DNA of 64,000 nucleotides from positions 3,402,980 to 3,466,979 of the forward strand of contig NW_002060947.1 in the NCBI RefSeq assembly GCF_000150275.1, given 5' to 3'. Each line of letters begins with the position of its first letter. The first letter of the stretch is position 1. This document shows, one piece after another, positions 40,273-51,426 of this stretch. The position numbers and the translations under genes were made by a program. Under the pieces are notes generated by a model. It saw only the letters and a program-made list of their open reading frames with translations, had not been told where the DNA came from and made no database searches. This DNA comes from Trichoplax adhaerens. Taxonomy: Eukaryota > Animalia > Placozoa.

Positions 40273-43200
40273 GATAAATTACAATTTATTACGACATTTA
40301 CGACCTTCATCAATCATGACTGCCCTTTACACTCCTTCATGAGTTACGTAATTGGCATCCGGCAAGCATACTTCTTCTCTTTAGTTCCTTGCTTATTATA
40401 TATACTACTTGATGTAATATATTGGTGATTTAGTCTAAACTATTCCATCTCAGCTCTACAATATAGAATTATTGGCTTTCAATTCTCAACGAAATCATCC
40501 TGAATCTACGGGACAAATAGTATTTTACAAGCATGTGCTCAGTCTGAAAAATTATTTTAAAAAATTTTCGTGTACGTTCATTGCAGCATAGGAGTAGTCA
40601 TTCAGGCTATTCCACTTATCTAGCCTTAACGCTTATACGACCAATTTACGAATAACAAACTTATTAATTATAGCTATATAGTGCTAATTAGACCAAAAAA
40701 CTCCTTTTTACTCCTGCACTATCCCAGCAAGATGAGGTGCACTATAGTTCCCGGCAGTAACCATATTCTACAGTGCAATTCGATAAGTTTCCTAAATCTT
40801 CATTTTTTAAGTACACCTATTATGCTTGATGTCAGCGGTGTCCTTATGCTGAATTATTTATTACGAACGTCATGCAGAGGGCTATTTAGAGATAAATTTA
40901 ATGATGCTATATAAAATAGAATATAATATAAGTAAACATTGGCTATCTATTTGTATGATGTTATTAATCGCCACTTTTCAAAAGTATTTTAGACTTAATT
41001 TTGCTTCCTATAAGCCTATTGTACTCTTACAAAGTAGGCTGTGCGGTTGTAGTACAGACTACAGTTGTATTGTGAATTAAAAGCAAAGACAAAGATTATT
41101 TTCTGCGAACAATGCAAGGCATGGGTTATTATTCATCTTTCATATAAAGCATAAGAATCTGATGTAGTAACCATATATGTAAAGCTATGGAAACCTTTTA
41201 GTGGTACTATATTTCAGTGGATAAAATCATGATTCATTAATGACACTACTGTGTTCATCCTTCGTCACATTGCAATAATCAAAGCATTTCTCTCGTACTG
41301 TTTATGTAGATAATTTCAGTGACAATATTGTCCCGTAATATTTTTAGATTTTTGAATTTGACGTTCGCCCATTCATTTCTCATGATATTTTAATTATGTG
41401 ACACTGCAGAAAAATTACTATTTTAAGTTTATAGCCTGTATATGGTCTTACTTAAACCTTGGTGAAATGTTAAACATTGATGTTTATCCCAGTATCAAGC
41501 ATTATCGATTGTCAGTTTCAATATTATTTGGGCTTAATTTGACTCCTAATACATGTAAAATGAAGTAGATATAGAGTATTCTACATTATTTCAATAGGCT
41601 AATTCATTGCAAGCGTATACGTGTACGGTACTTTGAATTAATATAGATATCTGGGTAATAAATCATACAGTACATTAATATTTCTATACTTTATGCAGAA
41701 CTAGGGTTATGATCCCCGGGTATTTAACAGAGTAAAGCTGATTTCAAAAGAAATAAAAGATTCATTTCATACTAATATCGTTATCTTAGTCTTTTAACAT
41801 ACTCGGAATGTATCCATTTAATTAGACGCAAAACAGTTTTATAAACATTTTATTTGCATTATCGTTGTCTTTTTTACGTAAACTAGTCAATAATTAATTG
41901 AATTAGTATGATATCATAATTCAATTTATATCCAGCCTTAATTTTTCAATTTTATATTGGATGAAAGGTAGTATTATTCCTAACAATCAAATAACGATTG
42001 TTTCAGAGTAAATATCTATTTTTACGCTGTCACTGATCTTTCAATTCTTATATCAACGACATCACCTAATGAAAATAATAACTTTCATTCAATCTTAAAT
42101 ATTAAATATTAATTATGAACGATATGTATGATACCATTTTTCAAAAGATTTTAAGCCATCTTTTGTTTCTTCTTTCCAATATTCATTATCAACTTACCGA
42201 TTTATATAACATCGATACTGTCTAATATCATTTTATTTATTAAATTTTGACTGCATGGTATCTCTCCGCATTAAACTAGATTATACTCATACTTCAACCT
42301 CCATCATCACAATAAAAGTCCCGAAGGTAATCGTTTATTTGTTAATGCATTTTGCTTGCTGGTATTTAACACTTAGGAAAATTAAGTCTTCATTTTGATT
42401 TTGTCATGTGTAAGCTACTATTTTGGCATATACGCGTATACCGTGTAGCAAGGATTAAGTTTAATAACAGTCAGTCACTCATAAAATATATGAGAGATAG
42501 TCATTCTGAAGGGTTTACCGTTGTGAATTTACTTAGTCGTAAAATTTATTTTGCATACGCTGAAAATAAGCACGGTTAAAGTATCGCCATCTGCTGATTT
42601 TGAAAAGAGTAAAACTGATATTGAAATTATTAGATTAATAATAATTGTGTTATTCTGTTACATTCTCGGCTGATGTCGTTCCAAACAATTTTGATTCGCC
42701 TGTTACGATAAAAACGTCATCATCGTATCATATTTTGATAATTTGCATTTGATAACTTCCAATCTTAATTTCAAGTGTGATTGCAGCTACTTATATTATT
42801 TTGTCTTTCTGACTCTACATAAAGGAATTCAAATTGTAACTGGAAGTTATTATTAAATACTGGGTGTAGGATAAAAATTGAGATTATCTGCATTAAAACT
42901 TAGGGCGGATGATAAATAACAGATATGTCTTGGTGTTTTATCTATGACAAGACAATAAAAATGTGTTAATTATAATATTATTAAGGCTTTACTGGAATAT
43001 TTCTATTCTTTATATTGTTTACTTCTCTCTGACATAACATGATCATCATTTAAATTTTCTGAAACAACGGTAGGAGGGCAGTACAACTGGAAATTAATTT
43101 TGTCAGCTACATGAAATTATTAAATTAGGAAATGCTTTCATCATTAATTTTCATTATCAATTAACTCTTTTAGACTATCATACTATCCTTATCCCATGCT

Positions 43201-44712
43201 GTCACATTTAAGCTCTTGTATTATTTCTCTATCCATTAATCATTTCTTTTTGTATAAAGAAATGATTTCCCTCTTCTAAATTCTTGAAGATTTTGCTATA
43301 TACAGCAGAAAGCTAATATTGTTACGATACAGCATTTTTAGGCACATTTTCATGATTGATCTTAATATTAAATAAGTATTAGAGAATGAGATTATTATAC
43401 ACTACATAGTAACGTTACAAGTAATGAAGTGAACACTTTTATTACTTGAATGAATACGATAATCGGGCGGAGATAATGGCAGTAGCAACTACCATGCAGC
43501 AATGTTATTCGATAGCGGAGTAATTAGAGAGAATTTTGTAATAGGGATAATTTTTTAAAACATTACCATCAGTTTCCTTTGATGTTTCAATGCAATTTAT
43601 CCGAATTAGTCAATCATCCAATTCTTATTCTCTTGCTATTAATAATTCTGTTTCAATCTACATATTGTACGATGCTATCCAGTATAGAAAATATGCTAGA
43701 CCGGATTATGAGCATCATGAACAATTACAGTAGAATTTTGATTATTTTTTGTGGTCTTGAAATTAGGAAGGAGTATGGTACAGAAAAAGTCTTAAAGTAC
43801 CTCTACGTCATTTGTAGCCTTCTAGTTACAGTAACTTGCCATGGTAATAGGATAATCGCACTAATATATTAGTTCTCCGTTCTTAACATATGTCCATACG
43901 AAGCACCATATTAGTTGTGGGCACGCACTAACCAAATTATAGGGCCTAAGGATTTATAAAGAATTGAGTAACCAGCCAGCGAAGTGGTTGGTTCTTAGGC
44001 TGGTCATTTTATTATTTACATTGACATGTTATACATAGCTCCAAGTTACGGCGTTTACCATGTCTAGAAAGTGTCTTAACTTGTATTTCCATGATACCAT
44101 GATCCTTGCCAGTGTTTTAAAACTTGCTTTGCTTTTTGTTTATAGCTTGAAGATGATAGTTGATGCCATTCATGTAAACGTGAAGACAGTTAGCCAAATT
44201 TGTTAAAGTTAGTGAAAATAAGAAAAACAAATGTGAAGAGATTGCGCAATCTACGAGTTAATATCCTGTTAATTTTACAACAACTATATCCCTCTTTCAC
44301 TCTTACCATCTTGGTGTTCAAGATCGAATTGTTTTTCCATTAATATCGTCAAAGTTGGCTGATTTTTGAGTTTCAATCAAGAAAAATTTATTTAGATCTC
44401 GTGAAATCATTAAAGCATTACATTCTATATCATAGTTTGTCCAAATCTTGTTAATTTCCGCTTCTAACTGGGAATCGCTATCTTAAGAAACAACTGGAAA
44501 TAATTGCCGAACCAAATATCAAGATTCGTCTTTTTCGTGAAATTTATTGTTATCAGTTGATAGCTAACTAGTTATCGCTGCAATTTATTTTAAATCAATT
44601 ATGAATGGTCGTGTTATAGCGAAAAATTTCAACAAGAAAATTTAAGATTTGGCAATCCATTTTCAAGACTTTTTAAGTTAAAAGCAATAGAAAGGGCTTT
44701 GTTATAGCCATA

Positions 44713-45824
44713 ATGAGATCACTAATAACACCACAAAATGAAACTTACAATAAAACAGTACCTTCTATTGTAGCTGAAGCTTCGACAATGACATTTTTCG
44801 CTATCGCTGCTATTGCAGGAAACATCTTAGTCCTGCTATCAATCAAAAGGAAGAAGAGCTTACAAACTATACGTAATGTGTTTGTTGCTAATCTAGCAGT
44901 AGCTGATTTACTCTTTGCCATTATTGGTATGTCATTAGCAGCTGTATCGAGTGTTACTGTTCGGTGGATATTTGGCTACGAAATGTGCCAAATACAAGGA
45001 TTTGCCAATTCCTTCTTTTGTATTGTATCGCTATTGACATTAAGCGCAGTTAGTATAGATCGTTATTATGTTATACTTCGTCCATTGGATTACCATCGAA
45101 AAATGAGCCCTAGAACTGTTACTTGTATGGTTGTGTACATATGGCTACATGCCTTTGTTTTTGCTGCTTTACCATTTACTGGATGGAGCACTTATCGGTA
45201 TTACTATGAAGAGTCATTATGTACGGCCGATTGGGGCCATAGCTTAAGCTATACTTTAACAACAATTGGAGCTGCTTTTTTTTTACCTTTAGCTATTATG
45301 GCTTATTGTTATTATCATATATTACGAGTTGCTCGGGCACAATCGAAAATAATTGCCGCCGAAATGGCTTCTTTAAATCTTCCGGGAACACCAAGTGAGG
45401 ACAATAATAATAATAGTAATCAGGAACATAATCAGTCTAATGGCAGTAATTTTTACCAGTTGATATTAGAGATAAAAGTCGTATAACAAATGCGTTTCGT
45501 AAATATCGTCGTGAAGAAAAAGCAACGATTACGTTGATGACTGTCATGGGAACATTTATGATATGTTGGTCTCCCCACTTTTTTGGCATTATTTGCTTAA
45601 CATTTCCCTACTGTCCATTTCCCAAGTTATTCTTTACAGCTACTACATGGTTAGCACTGATGAATTCAGCCTGCAATCCTGTTATATATGGATTTCTTAA
45701 TCGAAAATTTAGGCATAGTTTTTATGAGCTATTAGGAGTTAATAAATGCTGCAAAAAGCAAAAAATGATCATTAACGACGATGTAGTTATGGGTGTAACC
45801 TACCGCCAAAGTAACGGCGAATAA
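44713..45824 (+). CDS. Rhodopsin-class orphan GPCR, paralog of GPCR1 (GPCR2); probably exons 44713-45394 and 45460-45824, 348 aa
   Basis: TM1-5 lie in ORF 44713-45486 (GN, NLAVAD, DRY, YIWLH) and TM6-7 in a different frame (CWSP, NPVIY, helix-8 FR, CC). A 65-nt GTGAGG...CTAAT...TTTTTACCAG intron joins them in frame. Confidence 0.88.
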
Positions 45825-47969
45825 ATGATATTTATAGCTAATCTAGTGTTATGTAATTAGTCTTATCTTTACGTCGATTAAAGATAGCGATTATCCGTAC
45901 AGATACATATTGGAAGAAATTACGAAACTAATGTTATGAACGTGAATTGCTAAATGATATTACATGCTGTCTATATGAAGAACAAATTATACAGTAAAAT
46001 GGTGAGCTATCAGAAATGCAGTTTGGACGTACACTATCAGTTTTACTACGATAGTTGCGATAATCATTTAATTAAAGCCTTTATTAAGGTATTGCTTTAG
46101 TCATCTTTTAAATTAGTAAAAGAAACTATAATTATACAATATTTTAAAAGGCTGATAGTACATATAAATTTTATAACACTAAGAATAACTGTAATGACGA
46201 TTTCCGTGTGGTAGATATAGTGAGAGCTTCTGAAATCGAAACCACTAAACAGGAAGCGTTTACCAATGGAATACGACCAGGTATAATACTCTATAACAAT
46301 AAGGATGAGCAGTTTAATACAGTACATACTCATCAATCATTAAATGAAGATTTCTTTGAATTTTGAATCTTAAAGTTCAGCAATTTCGATGGAATACGCG
46401 GTACTAAACACGATAGCTCATGATTGATGGAAATAATACTAAAAGCTGATATTTTTTGAAATATATTAATGTATTGATATTACAAGAGATTTCAATTACA
46501 ACTTAATTCTCTATTCGTTACTAAACACTTAATGTATACAATCGTTATTTATGATTGTGATATGTATATATAATGACGGATTCGATAATTACAATCGGTA
46601 CACATGCTGCATAAAATTTCTGTAAGATAACATTTCATACTTGCATTAAGCATAAGCCGAAATAATATGTCATTCTTCCAATCATGACAAAAATTGGAGC
46701 AAATTTCTAATAGGATCTAATCAAAATAATTTCATAACAGTTATTTATTTAATTATACGCTTATGAACGGAATAAAAGCACTGACGATAAATTATTAAAA
46801 TTTCAAATTGAAAGACACGGTCAATTCTCATAAGTATCGTAACGCATTCATAATGATTCATTGCATAAAGCAACTGATCAAAAAATCGCCTTATAACTCA
46901 GTGGAGTTGAGACGAAATCCTTACGAAATTCTTATTCTACTCTCACCTTTAGTAATTTACATGCACGCGAAAATTGTGAGACGTTTTAGTCGGATTAAGT
47001 AAGAATGAGTGGGTTTGATTTATTACGTACGCAGTGTGTATTATTATTGGTTACCATATATATTTTAATATATAAACAAGCATAAGATAGAAAAATAAAA
47101 ATAAAATGTGCACTTGTGCGGTACTGTATATAGTTAAAGCACTACGTACTAAAGGGGTGAGGCAGATTCAACGTAAGCTATGGAATAGTGAGTTGAATCA
47201 TAACTTTCCTATTAGTTATACTACTACATATTAATTATAGGAGATTTATAGAAAAAAAGTTTTTACTCCATAATCCATGCTGTTTATGTTTAATAAGAAT
47301 CTAGTGGGCGTTTAAATGAATGAATCGATATGTTGAAGTTATAGAGTTTTTAGAGTGTGACCGATTGGCATATTCCACCTTCTCGCCACATAATGGTCGT
47401 CGGCAGTTACACCCTCCTTAGCACCATTTAAAACGTTCTACGATCACATGACAGCAGGATGATAAATAACACTCAGTCACATACTGTACACTGTGTAGAG
47501 TCATCACTTCGGTAGACACAGACAGACAGAGTTACGTTTGCTGTCGCAACACTGTACACTGAGTAGAAAGAAAGAAGAAAAAATTGCGAAATTATAAAAT
47601 TAAAAATAAAATAATTTGGATAAGTTGAGGATGGAACTTGTAGAGTACTGTAAGTAAAAGGGCGAATCTTGATACTGTAGCAAGATGTGAGGACAGCATG
47701 AACGGATGAGGATCTTGGTACAGAATGTATGTGTAAAGTATACAGTACATCAACACATACAACTTAACTTAGTATTTCATGTTTAGAAATGAATTTTATT
47801 ATTTTTTACTTTTATTCCTCTGGTAACCCTTACGTAATTAAATCCTGAGTATGAACATTAATTACAAAAATAAGAGGAAATTCACTTGAAATTTTTAATC
47901 CTTAAAGTCAAATTATAATTGAAAGATTATACAATACTACAGTCCGTAAATGTCTTCGCCATTTCAACA

Positions 47970-48242
47970 CTACCGTACAGTACAGTACAGTACTGTACAG
48001 TACACTATACTGTACTGTCATCAGTGAATTACTGTACTGTACAGTACCGTACTGGACAGTGGACACTGTACAGTACACGTGCTAGAATACCGTACTGTAA
48101 ACCTGCCGGCCAAGTACTGTACGGTATTTCCCTCTAGGAATCCTTGACTACAGTACAGTACAGTACAGTAGTGTACTGTACACTGTACAGTACAGTACAT
48201 TACAGTATTTTACACTGTAACGCTAAACCTACAGTACAGTAC
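47970..48242. repeat. (GTAC-W)n island C, upstream of NME5
   Basis: Runs such as TACAGTACAGTACAGTACAGTA (about 48148-48170) and mixed TACTG units. Confidence 0.9.
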
Positions 48243-48275
48243 ATCAAGTTATCAACTATCAACATATCGAAACGG

Positions 48276-48289
48276 GTTGCTAAGGCAAC
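48276..48289. promoter_or_regulatory. RFX X-box upstream of NME5
   Basis: GTTGCT-AA-GGCAAC fits GTNRCY-N2-RGYAAC. It lies just after island C and before a likely 5'UTR intron (donor 48352, acceptor 48701) of a motile-cilia gene. Confidence 0.75.
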
Positions 48290-48719
48290 GCCAAAGTTTA
48301 TCGACAAATTGATATCAAGACGATTCTACGCTGATCGCATAGGCTACTAAGGTAATTGTCACAAATATCTCAGTTACGTCCTACTGTACAGATAATCTAA
48401 TAGACATCCTAGTCATTTATACATACACAGTCGCGGATCATATGTATTGATACTTTGCACTATTGACTCTCCCGCATTCGCACTGATCACTTTGTGGAGT
48501 CGTCGTTTTACCTTACATCGGAGCACAACAACTGGCTGAAGATAGATAAATTCGTTAGGACTAATCATATCGCTTTAAAATCATCTGTGTTCATATCTAA
48601 AATATACTTAGTTGTAACTCAGAGTTATCATTGAAACAATTTCGTGAAATTTTTAAGTTCCGACACCATAGGTACTATAGTAAATTTTCTTATCCGCTAA
48701 GGAGTTTTGCTAATCGATA

Positions 48720-49518
48720 ATGACTAGTGACAGTTATCAGTGTACCCTCGCTATTATTAAGCCCAATGCAGTTAGGAAAGAAGATGAGATAGTAGAATTA
48801 TTGGAAAAGCAAGGATTTTGTGTACTTCAAAGACGCTGTGTCCGACTCACTTCAGAACAGGCCAGTGAATTCTATACAGAGCACTATGGGAAAATGTTCT
48901 TTCCAGCATTGGTTACATTTATGAGTAGTGGGCCAATTGTAGCTTATATCTTGGCTAAGAATAATGCAATTGAGGATTGGAGAAATTCCATGGGACCTAC
49001 AAACTCGATGAATGCTCGAATTGCAGCTCCTGAAAGTCTACGTGCAAAGTATGGGATTGATGAGATGAGAAACGGCTTCCATGGTAGTGATGGTCCATTA
49101 ACTGCTGAGAGAGAAATTCGATTTTTCTTCCCAGATTGTAAGTAGCTCTTACTAACTTTAAGATACTGTAGCTTCATTAGTATTACTTGAAGAAGTTTTC
49201 TTGATTGCTTATAAAATAGCAGAAAAAAGCTATGTTAAAAAGTGCGTATAGACATTATTTTACTAGGTATATATACTAAGGCATTTATCGCTAAACTTTA
49301 CTAATCTTACGTCTCCTATGTGAAAATCATTAGTCATATCCCATCCGGTACCAGATGGTCAAACAGCTACAGACTACTTACAAAGGAGAATCAATCCAAC
49401 TCTCTTGAAAGGACTAACAGAATTATGTAAGAAAAAGCCAGATGATGCAATTTTATGGCTTGCTAACTGGTTAATCGAAAATAACCCTAATAAGCCGAAA
49501 ATAGAGGAGCCTTACTAG
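48720..49518 (+). CDS. NME5: Nucleoside diphosphate kinase homolog 5 (NDK domain plus Dpy-30 motif; radial spoke protein)
   Basis: Exon 48720-49137 (TLAIIKP...FYTEHYGKMFFPALVTFMSSGP...SLRAKYG...RNGFHGSD...AEREIRFFFP) plus exon 49334-49518 (PTLLKGLTELCKKKP...WLANWLIENNPNKP...EEPY*), typical of NME5. Confidence 0.95.
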
Positions 49519-51426
49519 CTAGCAATTATTACAATTAAGTAGATAAAGTTACCAATAGTCATCGCTTTTAATTCACAGTAATAACATGAATACGTTCATA
49601 GCGGTTTAAACTTGTAATCTGACTGAATATTAATCAGAAGTATAATAGAATGCTTCATCTCAGATCTGCAAACCTAACATGAAAAAATTTATTACAGTAT
49701 AATATGTTCCTGAAACTGACACTCGATGAAAGATTTTCTTTCAAATAAACATTAATCATTTCTGTACTGATTAGATAAACTGCATATGTATAGTTCATCT
49801 ATACCTGATTATTGTATTCATTAATTATTTCATTTTCACTGTAATTTAAAAATGGTACATTGTTCATCCTTCTCATAATATTGGTATGTAATATTTAAGA
49901 TGTCTATAACTCTATTCGATAACGCTAAAGTGAAGATAATTTATCGTAATTATGTGATCTGGTGGCGAAATTATCGTAGCTTCACTCCAATAAAGTGTAT
50001 TTTGCATAATTACCGTATAGTTAAATATGCATTTTTATGGATAATTTCATATAATTGTTATTCTTTGCTTATATATGATATTTATATCGTAAAATAGTAA
50101 ATTTCAAGAGTTATTTACAATGAATGGCTGTAAGAATAACATTATAGTTGTCTAGCATACTACTACAAGCAGAAATATAGTCCAGCAATAGCTATATCAC
50201 ATACAATGCCTACTGTACTACTAATCGATAATAATCGCTGATCAATAATAATAATAATAAGTGATCCAGTTACATGCTATAGAACATAAAGGTATATTCT
50301 CATTAATAACCTAGATTTATCAAGCCATTTAACATAGCTGTAAGTAATTAAATTTTAATAGGTGTTATTAACATTGATAATTCTGTCACTTTCGAGTTCA
50401 TAGCATAAATTATGTAGCACTTAAATTGCCAGCCTAAGCATCAGAGAAGGACTTTAATGCTTTCATTAAAGATTAACAAGTTACGTTACTGTAATTGTAA
50501 CTATATGCCCGGTAATTGGACTTGCAACTTCTAAGAAATCAATCGGAAAAAGTACCAGGTATGTCCAGCTACGTAGGAATATCCATAAAATCATCACAGT
50601 AAATTTATTGAAGTTATGCGCGCATCATTACACAAGCACATGCATTAAAAAGCTTCATAGATTAATAAATTATAAGCATTAATCGTGATGTCTAGTTGGC
50701 TTAACTGATTATTGCACGAAGTGGTCCAAATTTATATTATAACGAAATAAAAGTCTAAGCACTAAGATAAATTGATTTAGTAATTCAAAGAGTCTTCATA
50801 GTTTTAGTTTTAATTCTGTTTGTATAGCCATAGATATATAGATATTTTCTGTTAAAAGTACAGACTAATATGCTGTTTCTTATACAACATTATGTCGTTA
50901 ATCACCTAACAACCAATAATATTAATATTCATCTCTATAAAAATAGATAATATCGATACAATTTGATTATTATAAACTGAAATTTCAGAGCAGAATAATT
51001 AGTATATTCGATACTGTAGCGCTTACGAAATAAGTATTGCATTATATTCGTATGTATAAGTACCTTGTCTACGTTAGAGACCACAATTTAGTACTACAAT
51101 AACTGTCTAGAGCATAGTACTTGCGTTAGACCAATTATTTAACAATCAATTCCTATAGTTGAATAAGTCTTGTATTTACATGGCATCTAAAATATTATAT
51201 AATCTCGGTGATACAGGTAGCGTCTATATTAACTTTCAATACATTAAAACATGAACTTTACAAGAAATTACTTTAAAATACCTTATAACGTGAGCTACGG
51301 ACTAAATAGTATAAGGTAATAGTGATCACATATAAATCATTTTGTAGAAGTCGTTTGTAAGAAATGCGCAAGTTTAATACATTACATATATCGCCAGGCA
51401 ACATGCAAAATACAATATCAGTATTA

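Noticed and set aside
25400-44000. Short 60-120 aa ORFs in the long intergenic region
   Set aside because: I/L/F/Y/K-biased composition typical of random AT-rich DNA, many with non-ATG starts, and no recognisable domains.
45446-45460. Programmed -1 ribosomal frameshift in GPCR2
   Set aside because: No proper X XXY YYZ slippery heptamer in frame and no evident downstream structure; an intron or indel is simpler.
48944-49177. Antisense ORFs over NME5 and RB1CC1 (also 51932-53142)
   Set aside because: Shadow frames of real coding exons with no independent features.
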